Below are positions 12,091 to 24,817 of a stretch of 56,068 nucleotides of DNA, one piece after another. Under the pieces are notes generated by a model, which worked only from the letters and a program-made list of their open reading frames with translations, made no database searches and was not told the DNA's origin. The position numbers were made by a program, and so were the translations under genes. Each line of letters starts with the position of its first letter. The stretch's first letter is position 1. Source of the stretch: Girardia tigrina (lineage: Eukaryota); contig MQRK01195294.1 of the NCBI GenBank assembly GCA_001938485.1, positions 1-56,068 of the forward strand, given 5' to 3'.

Positions 12091-12723
12091 ATAAATGTTA
12101 TTTTAACAAATGAATTTTGATGAAATTGAAAATTTTATGCGTCTTTTACAAGAGAATTTAACAATTTTTTAATTAATCGTCTGTAGAACAATAATCGTCA
12201 CTGAAATTTCGTTTATATATAAATTGAAATAATTTAATGAAATTGAAAATTTTTGAATTAATAATTCTCTGAATTTAATAATAATTATTAAATTTGCTTC
12301 AATTAAGTTTATTATTATTTTAAATTTAAAATAAATTAAATTAATAAAACTTAATTCTGAAAATTACTACTTTTGTTAAAAAATATTTAAATTAACCTTA
12401 ACTTTAATTTATTTCAAAATAATTTCGTTCTACATTATAAATTTTACCTGAAATTTAGTTTTTTAAAAAAAACAGTTTAACTTCTTTATTTATTATTTTA
12501 AAATTTTTACTAAAAATTTTCTTTTAAAAAATATATCGGTTTTAATTAATCTAAACTTTTTAACTTGCAATTTTTGTTTATTTTAATTATTATACAGTTT
12601 TTTTAGTTTATTTCAGATTTTTAAACTTTCGGTATTTTTTAAAATCATTACTTAATTTTTGTTAAAATTTTAAATTAAAAAAAATTATAAATTATTTGGC
12701 GAATTGAAAATTTTAACTAACTA

Positions 12724-13757
12724 CACCAAAGACCCGCTATGCGTCTATTGGTTATGGATCGATTGATTTTTTATTTTTAGCCATATAAAATTTAACATTA
12801 AATAAATAAATTAATTAATTAACATTAATTCAAACATTAAATTTGCCCATTGGAAAATGACACGAATAAGGATAGGATAACTGTAATTAAAGAGATAGTT
12901 GACTTAGCATCCGCATTGCAAGTTGAAGGAAGGGAGGTCGAAGATATAGAAGAACTATTGGATTCGCACAAGGAGGAGATAACAACTTCTCAATTAGTGG
13001 AAATTGAATTTCAGATAGTACACAGTAGTTATTCTGAGGAAAAAATCGAAGATATTACCGCAGAACAAACGTTAACGACGAAACGTTTAGCTCAAGCTTT
13101 TCAATTAATTGATAGAGCTCTGCAGATATTTAATCAAGATGACGCTAATCACGAAAGAAGTTCGAGGGTAAACAGATCAGTTCTGGGTGGCATAAATTGC
13201 TATAAAGAAATTTATGCGGAAAAAAGAACTGATCTGTTTACCCTCATCTTGATTAAATATCTGCAGAGCTTGATCAATTAATTGAAAAGCTTGAGCTAAA
13301 CGTTTCGTCGTTAACGTTTGTTCTACGGCAATATCTTCGATGTCTTCCTCAGAATCACTACTGTGTGCTGTCTGAAATTCAATTTCCATTAATTGAGAAG
13401 TTGTTATCTCTTCATTGAGCGAATCCAATAGTTCTTCTATATCTTCTACTTTTTAAACAGTACTTTGGAAAAAGTTTTTAAAAAGTAAATTTTGATTTTG
13501 AAAGAAGTTTTGATAATTATATGTATAATGTACACTTACTTTTTACTGATTTTATATTATTAATTAGTTTTAATGGATTAAGAGCGCAATTTTCGTACTA
13601 TTTCTTGATGGAAATTTATTTTATTTTGATTTTTATTTAGATAGATATATTGTAATAGTCTTTCTGATCAATATTACCACATATTCGTTATGCGTCTAAA
13701 CTCATTTAGCGTCTCAACTTTCGGAACCGAATAGAGACGCCAAGCGGGGCCTTGGCG
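12724..13757 (+). mobile_element. Non-autonomous Tigger/pogo derivative with TIGD1-like C-terminal transposase remnant and internal inverted duplication
   Basis: TA|CACCAAAGACCCGCTATGCGTCT ... AGACGCCAAGCGGGGCCTTGGCG|TA. EIVDLA...DIEELLDSH.EE.T...LTTKRL...F...D.N.ERS..V...I.CYKEIY.EK. Confidence 0.85.
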
Positions 13758-13871
13758 TATTCAAAAATAATAAAAATTAAATTTATTATAATTTTATCAA
13801 TTAAAAAATATTGTTATTTTGCATTTAAAATTTAATTATAAATTTAAGTATACTTATTTGATTAAGTTTAA

Positions 13872-14093
13872 CCCTTTCCAGCCCATTGTTGCCATACGGT
13901 AACATATTTGCAAAATTAAATTACAGTTATCTCTTTTACGCAATTTAAATTTTACAGAGTAATAGTTTCTAAAAATTCTAATAGATGACACTACATATAT
14001 TAGAATGCAGAAAAGCGCGATTCTCACTTGTTTCTAGAAACAAAACAGCAATAAAATTTTTTTTTCAAAAATAATAATTTGGGCTGGAAAGAG
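13872..14093. mobile_element. piggyBac-type MITE
   Basis: TTAA|CCCTTTCCAGCCC ... GGGCTGGAAAGAG|TTAA. Confidence 0.85.
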
Positions 14094-14436
14094 TTAATAT
14101 AATTATAATTATTTTAAATTAAAAGTGAAATGATGATTTTGATTCGTAATTAGTAATTACTGTGGGGATATTTTAGTACAGCCAAACTTAAAGTCGACTT
14201 CTGGAAATGTAACCGTCTCGCTTGTTGCGGTTCTTTCCAAAATTTATCAGAACCATATTCTAAATGCATACTTGATTGCTTATTTTGTATCTTTTTACTT
14301 TTTGGATCTTAAATTTGAAATGATGCGTTAATTGCTGTTTACGTATGGGTGGCAATTAGTAGCGTCTTTGTTCACATTTGTGGTATATTTATGAATATAG
14401 ACTTATGAATATTCATTATTAATTATTCTTTATTAA

Positions 14437-15045
14437 CCGTCCTATCCATACGAACGTACGTGATACGGCCGCTATATTATCGCCCGGACGCAACAAACCG
14501 TATCCCGTACGTTCAGGCACAAAAAAACTATATTCGAAGCCCACAAAACGTTCGTGATACGTTCGCTCGTGATTTTATCGTCTTTAAAAATGTAAAATGT
14601 TTGGTTTTATTTGGATTTTTTAGTGTAATAAAATAAAAATAAGTGCTAAAATATATGATTTTTATTATGAATAAAAAATCGCTTTGTAGCAGTGAGGTCC
14701 ATATCCAGTATCCTTTCACCCCGAAAAGTCATAAATCACGAGCCTTTTGAACACCAACAATATTTTTTTTATGAATTGAGATTATGTTGATAGATATATT
14801 ACATTCAATACAAAATATATTAGCTAAAATATTCAATAGATTATTATTACAAGAATTATTCGGCGACATCTTATGTTGAAAACCTCTGACTTGCAAAGGA
14901 TACAAAAAAGGGTCATAAATGAGTCTATTGAATAAAAGTTTTTTTCTGGTATATTGTAAACAATTATTATTATTTCAAAATATAATGAAAAAAAACCCGA
15001 TGTTTTTTTACCTACTTTTTCAATAATAACCCAGAGGTAGGGCGG
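14437..15045. mobile_element. piggyBac-type MITE
   Basis: TTAA|CCGTCCTA ... TAGGGCGG|TTAA. Confidence 0.7.
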
Positions 15046-16196
15046 TTAATGAGTTACCAAAATAATTTAAAATCAAAAGTTAGTTATTTTTTGCCTAAAA
15101 ATATTGTTACCAGTTAATCATCGTTTTATTCAATTAAGACGCAAATCATACAGTTTTAAACGACAATACGATGAAAGTAATGAAAGTGAAGAAAGTTTTC
15201 CGATTTGATTTCATCGAAAAATCGTGCTATACCGTTAGGGTGATACTGATAGCGATGTCAAGTCAAATAAAATGTAATGTAACATGAAAGAAGTCCGTAT
15301 TATTCCAAACATATGGAACTATACTGAAATGTCGTGTATAACTTCTAATATTTTGCATATATTGGAAAATAATCCTAATATTTTGGAAATCTTCAATTGA
15401 ATATATATCCATGGAATTTAGAAGCCTGTTTTTGAAGGCTTTTTAATCAATCGATTTTCCTCAATCTTTGCAAACTTACTCATTCTCGATGACAATGAAT
15501 GATTATGTGAAAATTTGATGGAAAAAATCTTTTTAAGATCCCAAAATGGGGAAAAAACGGAAAATTCGGAGTTCCCGAACAATATTAATAGCATATATCT
15601 ACTTATAAACTATTAGTAGATTATATTGATTTTTATAGTGTTTTTTTAATTACAATTTTTTAAATGTTAATTTTTTTTAAATTTTAAAAACTTTGTTGGC
15701 AAATTAGAGTTCTGTTTGCATAAAGAATGGATATAAAAAATTTAATGTTTTGACTTACTAGTTTTTTTTAATTTATTTTTAAAGATTCTTTAAATATAAG
15801 GAGAAATAATCTAGTAGAAGCGTAAAAAATATTGTATTTAGTCCCAGAAAAATGAGAAACAAACACAGGAGCAGTGTGTTAAAATATCAGACATAGAGAA
15901 AACTAGGAATAGAGGGTCGTGAAATCGTCGTCGATTTCGATTTAACCACGTTTGCAAGAAAAAAAGAACATTTTTTACTTAACTCTCTGTGGTAGATTTA
16001 TGAATATAGCCTTATGAATATTCATCTCTTCAAAATGAGTTACGAATATTTGATTAGGCAAAAAATTTTTTATGCACATCAAGAAAAAATAGATTTCACT
16101 GGCTGGTTAAAAGCTTTTAACCTTTTTAGTCCCGAATCTTTTTGGCGCAAATATATTTATTTAATAACCAAATACATCCATTTAAAAATATATTTT

Positions 16197-16239
16197 GAGA
16201 CAATATATTTCGACGGATCTACCGTCATCTTCAGGTCAC
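16197..16239 (-). ncRNA. Minimal type I hammerhead ribozyme (inverted pLTR copy)
   Basis: Minus strand: GAC CTGAAGA T GACGG tagat CCGTC GAAA TATA TT GTC. Confidence 0.8.
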
Positions 16240-16736
16240 TAATTAATAATCAAATCAATATAAATACAAAAATGATCTCATAAAATTCAAATATAAAATT
16301 CATATATCACGATCTCATAAAATTCAAAATATGTTCAGTAATAAATCTATTACACCTTTAACACTTTGTTCTGATATTGTTTATGGATATAAATGTAATG
16401 GGTGCGATGCCACATACATTGNNNNNNNNNNNNNNNNNNNNNNNNNNNNNNNNNNNNNNNNNNNNNNNNNNNNNNNNNNNNNNNNNNNNNNNNNNNNNNN
16501 NNNNNNNNNNNNNNNNNNNNNNNNNNNNNNNNNNNNNNNNNNNNNNNNNNNNNNNNNNNNNNNNNNNNGAGAGTGTCGTGTGAAGCATTGTTAATTAGGT
16601 CACGTTGCCCTAAAATCAATGTTCCATCGGCAGTCTCAACCAGCTTATTGAGAATTTTTGATTAGCATGATTTCATGCAATCGATTACACAATCATCATT
16701 TTTGTTTTTATATACAAGTGAATTGATTATTAATTA

Positions 16737-16779
16737 GTGACCTGAAGATGACGGTAGATCCGTCGAAATATATTGTCTT
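16737..16779 (+). ncRNA. Minimal type I hammerhead ribozyme
   Basis: GAC CTGAAGA T GACGG tagat CCGTC GAAA TATA TT GTC: conserved core, 5-bp stem II, palindromic loop III. Confidence 0.82.
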
Positions 16780-18828
16780 AAAATATATTTTTAAATGGAT
16801 GACTTTGGTTATTAAAAGAAGATTTTCATCCGGACCTTGTTTTATCAATATTTATTTAGCATTGATTATTTGATAGTTTATGCATGAAAAGTAAAAAAAA
16901 AATAGTAATTACAAAAAAGTAAAAATTATTATTAATAATTCAAGTGAGTGTGATAAATTCGAAAGCAATCAATAAACAATGAGGGGTCACACTCTTTGTA
17001 TTCAGTCACGGTTCTTTTATTCTTTGCCGAACATGCAACACATCTTCTTAAATTTTTGACGATCTGCTGCCATTGTTTCTCTTTTCGCTGGAAAATGTCT
17101 ATTTATCAGTCTGAATGGCTTCTAATCTTTCCAGCTCTTTTACGCAATGAAGTGTATTTCCAATTATTCCTTTTGCAACCTGTAATCGAAACTCAGAAAG
17201 GTGCAAAGACTTTGTTTGCAACTATTTTTTCTTTAAATTTCAAATGAGTTGAAAATGTATAAGTCTATCAGATGGAAAAAGACTTTCTTGTACTATTTGA
17301 CAGTTTTTCTTACCACTTCATTGAAAAATTGCATATCTACTCGATCTGCGGCACCCAAATCAATAAACTTGTATATTTCTTTTTCATCAACCTTTTTCCA
17401 TTCAGACATATTTTATTGCGAAGGAATGAACCTCCTCCGATTGGACGGATAACTGAGTATCGTAGAGACTTACTTTCAAAATTCGACAATTGTTTTCTCA
17501 ATAAATTCACTTAACATTCGATAAGTCGTTTCAACAAAATTCAATTAATCATTTAAACAAAATGTCACTCAAAATTCGATAAATTGTCTCAACAAAATCA
17601 CAAATTTTAATTGCGAATGTTCATTGATCAAGCCAATTAATCGATCAGCACACAAATTCCGAACACAGAAGGCTTTTTTGAATTAAAACCAATTTTAATA
17701 ATAATTTATTATTTAAATTACTAATTTTATTTTTTTAATAATTATTTAAATTACTTTTAATTATTTAACATATGTACAATATTTATTAATAAAGCAAGCA
17801 AAATAATTCAGCGATTTGTAATTCAAACTCGAATAAAATTCTGATAGTGAGAAAACTTAAATGATTGATTCTTGAACTTTCGAAGAGAAGCACGTCAAAT
17901 TATAAATTGTAATAACAAATTATAAAAATAATAATAAAGCGCTTTCGAAATTTCGAATCCATTTGTTTAATTAAATTTATTATTTTTGTTTATTATACTA
18001 AATAAAGACCCCTTACCACTGATTTGAGTTACACCTAATTTGAATAATGCACTTATTAATCATCTCTTATTTTATATTTTTTGTGTGAAATTCCCTTGCT
18101 TAATATCGCCAATGTCATCAAAACCGGTCGTCGAGCTTGAATCTTCCACTAGTCACTATATTGTTATACTATTTTTGCGAATTTTTTTCTCGATAACTTC
18201 AATAAATAGTACTGACAAAATATTAATTCATAAGCGTAAAATGAAAAAAAATCTTTTTAAGCACAGTGAAGATTTTTGGGACGATGAAGAGTTCATAGCA
18301 GAATGTATGGAGGCGGAAGTAAATTGTCACTTTGACTTTAACAATGAATAATTGAGATCCTGACCAGGCTAATGCAGCTCAGACAGAGACGAATGGACAG
18401 ATTGATGAGAAGAGAAAGGAAACGGTAAAACTTTTGAACTTTTGAATATGTTTAATTTGACGAAAGTCAGAATGACAATTTCTTAGAGTCTCCTCAATTT
18501 CTTTGTGCTGATCCTGATTTGCCATCCATCCTCAACAGATTGCAAATTATTAGGTAATAGGCTCATTATTTGTCACTGTTTCTATTCACAGTTTTTTCGG
18601 ACATACAATGCAAAGTTAATTGCAATTTTATGCCAGAATCCTCGTGGATATAGGGAGCACTTAATAAAATATTTTAATCACTTCTCTCTTCCTCTTGGTC
18701 GTTATTGTGAATTCCTTCAGTCCTTTCGTGTTTTTTGTTCTTGCAGAGATCAACCTTTTAGTGAAAATTGCTCGATTTGTTGAACACAGGAAGTTCTTTT
18801 GGTTGCATCAATGGGTGACAGAACATTA

Positions 18829-18983
18829 ACCCTCCAGATAAAATCCCCCGGACAAAAACCCCCTTGTCAGTTAGGGTTAGGGTTATGTGTCCATTTATTG
18901 ATGGAAATGCACACTACATAAAGAAATATGGATAAATATTCCAATTAATCGGCTTTCTATCGGGGGGTTTTGTCCAAGATCCG
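18829..18983. mobile_element. Small foldback MITE remnant
   Basis: CCCCCGGACAAAAACCCCC on the left, inverted GGGGGGTTTTGTCC on the right. Confidence 0.55.
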
Positions 18984-19029
18984 TGTAAATGTTTGACACA
19001 TATAGTATTGCCTAATTATTATATTTATA

Positions 19030-19520
19030 CATTAAGAACGCCATTAAAATCAAATTTTATTGCAATATATTTCGGTGGAATTTCCACCATCTTCAGGCTG
19101 AATTAACAACAATTTCGCTGCCTTATATATAGCAAATTGATGATTATGCAAAAATCTTGCGTAATAACTAATTAAATATTTTCAACAAATTGGAAGAGAG
19201 ACTTGTTTGTACATTAATGGACGGATTAAGTGATTTAATCAATAATGCCTCACGAGTGACTCTTTCCCAATAATTTTTAAAATTAGTTGTTCTCACCTCC
19301 GATCTACAACCCTCCATGTGTCCAGCAATAATACTCCCATTGCCCAATCGTCCATGCTCCTGAATCCGTTTACAGAGATGACGAGACGTCTCTTCAATGT
19401 ATGCAGCATTGCACCATTACACGAAAATTGATAAACCAGATTGGAACATAAACTCAAAGGAGTACGAGATTTATTGCTGAACATACTTTGAATTTTGTAA
19501 GATTTAGAAATGATTTTTAA
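19030..19520 (-). mobile_element. Second 5'-truncated Penelope-like element (GIY-YIG plus pLTR)
   Basis: MFSNKSRTPLSLCSNLVYQFSCNG...YIEETSRHLCKRIQEH...EALLIKSLNPSIN, homologous to 16331-16665. Confidence 0.87.
19061..19100 (-). ncRNA. Minimal type I hammerhead ribozyme
   Basis: Minus strand: GC CTGAAGA T GGTGGA aat TCCACC GAAA TATA TT GC. Confidence 0.8.
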
Positions 19521-19530
19521 AATTAATCAT

Positions 19531-19612
19531 CCATCTGGGTAGGAGAGACAAATTTCCAAATCAACATACACATTCAAACACAAAACATCAAACATTCAAA
19601 ATATTCTTCACA
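19531..19612 (-). repeat. LTR 5'-end fragment (family of the LTR at 11802)
   Basis: ccatctgggtaggagagac...aatattcttcaca matches 11727-11802. Confidence 0.7.
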
Positions 19613-19809
19613 CAAAATTTTCCTCAGAAAACAAATTTTCGTTTTCAACCGTTTTACTTGACACATGCATCCATCGAAAATAGGTTAGGTGTTAAAAAAA
19701 TGCTATAATAACTTCCTAATAAAACATTAGTGGATTACAATACGAGTATCGGTTATTTTAGTCAATTATTTTAGTCTTGAAGAGATCATCCTTTTAGTGA
19801 AAATTGCTC

Positions 19810-19940
19810 GGTCAAATATGGTATAGAGACATATGCCAATGCTTAGAATTTTTTGGGTTAACATTCTCGGAAATGTGTAACTATTTGTTGATAGACGAAG
19901 CGAAAATTCTTTGGGGGAATGCAACAGAAGAGGGTAAGAA
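19810..19940 (+). repeat. Isolated gag fragment of the Gypsy family at 49352-54857
   Basis: Near-identical to the reverse complement of about 54500-54630 (atatggtatagagacata...gcaacagaagagggtaagaaa). Confidence 0.85.
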
Positions 19941-20851
19941 ACCAATGTCGGATGTAGAATCCAAACTCTAGGAATGTGCTGGAATCCGGCTCAAATCCGA
20001 CCGGAGCCGGTTTTTGACCCTTTTTACAAATCCGACTTCGGCTCCGGTCATAATTTGTCACAATAGAAACGACGTCTAAATTTTCTTTTCCTTTAATTAG
20101 GTTAGTCAAGTCTGTTTTTATTTCCATAGTTTGTGAGGTTGAAAAAATGTCGGAATATCAAATGTTTAAATTTATTTGAAATATAGGCAATTTGTTAATG
20201 ATCAAATAATTTGAAAATTTATTTTATTCATTAATTTCTGCCTTCATGTCAATATTGATTTTTCAATGAATTTGAATTTTTATAATTCAAATTTATAATT
20301 TAATTGTATGAGTTAATTTATAATTAATTGAAGGTTTTTTGATACCACTGCCCCGTCTTTGCCTTTCATCTTTCTTTCTCTTTTCTTCAAATATTGATCT
20401 TTCCTTTGTCTTCTTCTTGTAAAAATAATAATCACAAAAAATAAAAAATATTTTCATGATACAGATAAACACAAAATGTTTCGTGATGATATAATGACAG
20501 ATGTTACAATGAATTTGGGGATGGATGAAATTCACGTTACAAATATGAAAAAATATCGATTTAATAAGAAAATTATTTATTTAATATGATAAAAATATCA
20601 ATTTTATATGAAAACTGCTTTTAAAATACAAATGTTGGTAATTCAGCTTGTCACCAAGGAAGAAGTTTAAATAACTATGAATAAAAATATTATATTTGGG
20701 GTCTATTTTGCATAATAAATTGAGAATTTTTTCATATTTAATTTATTTGTTCATATAAAATTTATATTTTTTTCATTTTAAATTGAGAAATTTTCATATT
20801 AAAATGAAAAATTTTCATATATTTCATAATAGTTCATGAATTTGGCAATTA

Positions 20852-21640
20852 CACTTTATCAGCAAACTGTTGCCGAATTCACGAATTAGGCAAAATATTT
20901 TACAATGGGGCGGTTTTAATTACATAATGAGTAAAAAAGAAATAAAATAGAGAATAATTTATTTCAATGGGAAGTTGTACCTCTCTTAGCACGCAGATCT
21001 TTCACACGGCGACACATGCTTTCAGGCACACCATAACAAAAGTTACGTATGATAGAGAAGGAAAACCATATGTCGTTACATGTTTCGCACAATGCCTTCT
21101 TAGGAAAATTTCGTTTTCGAACCTCACGTTTCAACAGGTTCCAGGCTGTCTCTATCGGATTCATGTCTGGGTTGTTTCCAGGCCAGAAAACTTGGTTACG
21201 CCATTGTCCTCGAAGTGTGATCGCGTTTTTTTGAGGTGTGGCATGAGCCGTGGGGAAGATAACAGGTGTCAATGACTTGACAGTATTGTTGGGATGCCAT
21301 TGACCCTTCCACCCTATGTAGACGTCCAGGTCCTCTGCTGGGGATGTATATCCATAAATCATCATTCGAGAAGGATATGCTTGCTGACTTTGCATATGGT
21401 CTTGTTGAATCCGCTCTCCAGCACTTCTTCGAACAAATTGGCTCCGGATGCGACCTGCTTTTATCATTGTCTCATTATTAAAGACAACCTGCAATGAAAC
21501 CAGATCAAGAGAAGATGTTCCATGTAACAAGATTAATAGCATGTCATTACTGTACTCATTACATTATTTACCTTGCTCCATGATTCGATTTGTGAGCAAT
21601 GGAACTCTCTTTGGTCGATAGGTGAGCTTCACTGAAATAA
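20852..21640 (-). mobile_element. Decayed, 5'-truncated Tc1-like transposon (DD34E type)
   Basis: FVRR..GER, MMIYG, WPGNNPDMNPIETAWNLLKREV. Probable terminus TA|CACTTT at 20852. Confidence 0.8.
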
Positions 21641-22218
21641 AGCTACAATCTTTTCAATACAAGTTTTAAATATGAATTCAACAAATTTTTTTGAGAATTC
21701 TGGATTTGTAAAAGTTAATAATTATTGGACGACATTAAGTGATGAGAATATAAAATCAATTATATATGTTATACATAAATTATATATGCCATCTGTGATC
21801 GATTGTTTAAGTTGCATTTTATACTGAGTGTCACTAGTTTCAAACCTCATAGTTTAAATAAGACATCGTTATATCGTAATATTATTTTATCATTTATTTG
21901 AGTTGTTTTGCACTGATGTGATTTCAGGTTGTTTTAAATTCAATTTGAAGATTAAAATTGAGTGAGACGCATTGATAATAAAATGTTTCGTTACAGAGAT
22001 TGATTATTGTTTTGTCGTTAATTATAATTATCAAATTCCTCCGTTACCTTGTAAAGTGCGGACGATAGAGAAACCATATCTCTTTCTCAGATGACGATCG
22101 ACAGATCTGTCAATGATTTGTGCATGTGAGAATCTACTATTGAAATTGTTCGATTACTTTTGAAAATTATTTTAAAATTGATTTTGTTTCTATTTGTACA
22201 CAAAATTCAATATGAAAA

Positions 22219-22263
22219 TTGACCTGATGATGAGAGGGACAATGTCTTGAAATTCGTTGTTTT
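22219..22263 (+). ncRNA. Degenerate hammerhead ribozyme at the end of an old Penelope remnant (about 21800-22270)
   Basis: GAC CTGATGA T GAGA gggacaatg TCTT GAAA TTCG TT GTT. Preceded by LLKLFD, like the LLRIFD*/LLKIFN* ends of the other two Penelopes. Confidence 0.55.
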
Positions 22264-22893
22264 TATGTTCAAATCCTCACAATTTATTACTTAAAAAAGA
22301 TTGAATATTTCAAATTCGATATGATCCACATCCTTTAAAGAACTCGATCAGCCTATCCGAATCAAGTTCATCCCAATCAGTAATTCTTTAAAAATGTTCT
22401 TAAGTGTTAATTTGTGAGACCGTTAGCCATTCTAAATGACAGTGTCGCATTATATTGCTTTGAGAAGCACAAATGGATAACATTATTTAAATTGTTTGAC
22501 ATTTGAAATAAAAGATCTTAATTCATAATTACTTCATCCAATAAACAAATATGCATTGACTTTCTATAAGATGCACAATAAGTATTCCAATGTAAAGAGA
22601 AGTCAAATATTTCAAAGAATATTCTGCTTTTTCTCATTCTGTATTGGTACTGTCGCTAATACTCTATCAGAGTGTTCTTTATAACGGTTCCCTTCCTTTC
22701 CTTTTAAACCCTGAACGGTACGGGCTCCAAGAAGTAGATAAGTACAATTAAATTAAAGAAGCAGCAAGAATTTTACTTGAAAAAGGAATTCTAAATAAAA
22801 GTTGTTAATCACTCATGTTTGGATAAGGCGAATAACTTTTCTTCTTCAGTCTTTCTATCCACAGATTGACAGATTCTGACCCTAAAATACCTC

Positions 22894-23440
22894 TGTGAGG
22901 AATATTTTGAATGTTTGATGTTTTGTTTTGAATGTTGTGTGTTGATTTGGAATTGTGTCTCTCCTACCCAGATGGCCGATTAATATTTTAATTCTTGTTA
23001 TCTAAAAATATGTTATGTCTAAATTTATTTTTAATTTCAAATAATTTTATAATTTTAAATAAGTTAATTAATTTTTACAATTTTTAATAAATAAATCAAA
23101 TTAATATTTTTTAAATAATTCATTATCATTTTAATTTTTATCCAATAAGTTTTGAGTAAATATTTTAATAAATTATTTATTTCTCCATTTGCTAAAAAAA
23201 TGATAAGAATTAATTCATTAATCAATTTAGTTTAGAATGCAAATGTACGAAAGCTTTGACAAAGATTGTCTTGAGGACAATCAAAATTGTTGTTTAAATA
23301 AAAATATGAAATGTCAAATTGGTGTTCTTAATAACCCCAAAAAGTAAGTGACTAAATTTCCATTATTTCGGCATTTTTATGATTTATTTTTATGTCAGTA
23401 TTCATCTTTCTCAAATAATATTCTCCCGAAATTTTGTGTA
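22894..23440 (+). repeat. LTR copy (solo LTR candidate; right end uncertain)
   Basis: Starts TGTGAGGAATATT. Shares ctctcctacccagatgg, tttttatccaataa.ttttgag and aattttgtgta with the reverse complement of 11280-11802. Confidence 0.65.
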
Positions 23441-24389
23441 ATGGATTTATTTCAATTGTGGTTTCTGTCAAATGTGATTAATTATTATTTTACGAAAATA
23501 TGTATTCTCTCACGTCCTCCATTTTATTCGGCTGTGTGAGTAGGCTCAGTTGAACGACTCAAAGTCAAATATTTTCATTTTCTATTAACATCCACAGATC
23601 ATTTCCCCGACGAAAATATCAAGCTACCCGTATATATTTTAATAAAGTTACTTTTTATTAAATGTGACATTTGTTTTCCTTCGAACGGAAGTCACAATTT
23701 TATTTACAATGTTCTAACAGCGGTCTTTTTGTTTCTGTCTAAAAAGATTTTTTTCTTCAAATAATTACCAATTTTATTAAATTCACGATATTTCTAGTAT
23801 TAGTTATGAATCTCGGTCAAATATTTTGTCCTACAATTTTGAAGAAAGGAGATTTAATAATAGAAAATATTCCGATAAAGATAAAAAAAGTTGATTTCCG
23901 TATTTCCATGTTGGTGTAAACACCCAATGACATTCGGTGGACATGGGATTTGGAGCCCTCTGGAGATACAGTTGCGCTAGATCTGTGTTTTGTCTCCTTT
24001 TAATTTAGGTAATAATGTCGAGATTTCTGCTACAAATAATGGTTTTACCAACATTTATATCCTCTAAAAGGCATGTTCCAGTCATATCAGGGGTACTTGG
24101 TGGACAACGAAAGTATTAGCCAAGGAATTAAAATATCAAACAGATTCATTTTTAAGTCCCAGTGAATCACATTTTCCCAGTATACCCACATCTCATCGAC
24201 TGATAAAATTCGTTTAGAAAGTTAACATCTTTCTTAAAAACCCATACGTTTTTTATATCTTCTATGTCACCTATGACCGATGTTTGGTGGGAGTCTCTTT
24301 GCTGACACGGAACGAAGTATAATGTTCACTTTCTCGATGGTCTCTCATTAATTTCTATCTTTATGTCAGCTTTTTGAAGTCGCTTCTCT

Positions 24390-24700
24390 TAAATTCTCCA
24401 TTAAATACCACAAATTTTGAATAGTAATGTTCAACTGAAACAATCATTTATATGAGACTTATAAATGAAATAGTCGAAAAAAGTTTTTGGATTCAAATTA
24501 CCAAATATATTTCTGAATGAATTGTACTATCCTTCAATGGCATTATTAGTTCTTGGAATATCATTAAAAAGACGTGTTCTTGCATTCCATAAATGTAATG
24601 GAAAACTGACCCTACATAAAATTTCATCAAGTTTCGTTCCCATATAATATTCGTGAAAATACGAATAAATTTCTGCCAGGTAATTTTGAAAGTCTCACCT
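24390..24700 (-). mobile_element. Mutator-like (MULE) transposase C-terminal remnant
   Basis: YFHEYYMG...FPLHLWN...DIPRTNNAIEG*YNSF. Confidence 0.75.
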
Positions 24701-24817
24701 GATTTTAAAAGATGAAATTTTGCATCATGAATATGGAGAATTCTGAATTAGTACCCAGTAAATTCGTATTGCGTAAGTTTATTTTCATTTTCGGTGATCA
24801 AAAAAATAATTTAAGTA

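Larger units (their letters stand above)
16160..16816 (+). mobile_element. 5'-truncated Penelope-like element: GIY-YIG remnant flanked by inverted pLTR segments
   Basis: IVYGYKCNGCDATYI...EALLIRSRCPKIN. Inverted arms of about 94 bp at 16160-16253 and 16723-16816. Confidence 0.88.
16121..17500 (-). mobile_element. Internally deleted piggyBac remnant, interrupted by a Penelope insertion
   Basis: TTAA|CCTTTTTAGTCCCG terminus at 16121. Minus-strand GAADRVDMQ...RKTVK*YKKVFFHLIDLYIFNS (about 17245-17360) is the piggyBac C-terminal core motif. Confidence 0.7.

Noticed and set aside
13177-13428. Separate convergent gene
   Set aside because: It is the inverted arm of the transposase remnant.
18871-18885. 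Telomeric TTAGGG repeats
   Set aside because: Only 2.5 units, inside a MITE remnant.
23900-24350. Possible Merlin/ISXO2 transposase relic (GVNTQ)
   Set aside because: Single weak motif only.
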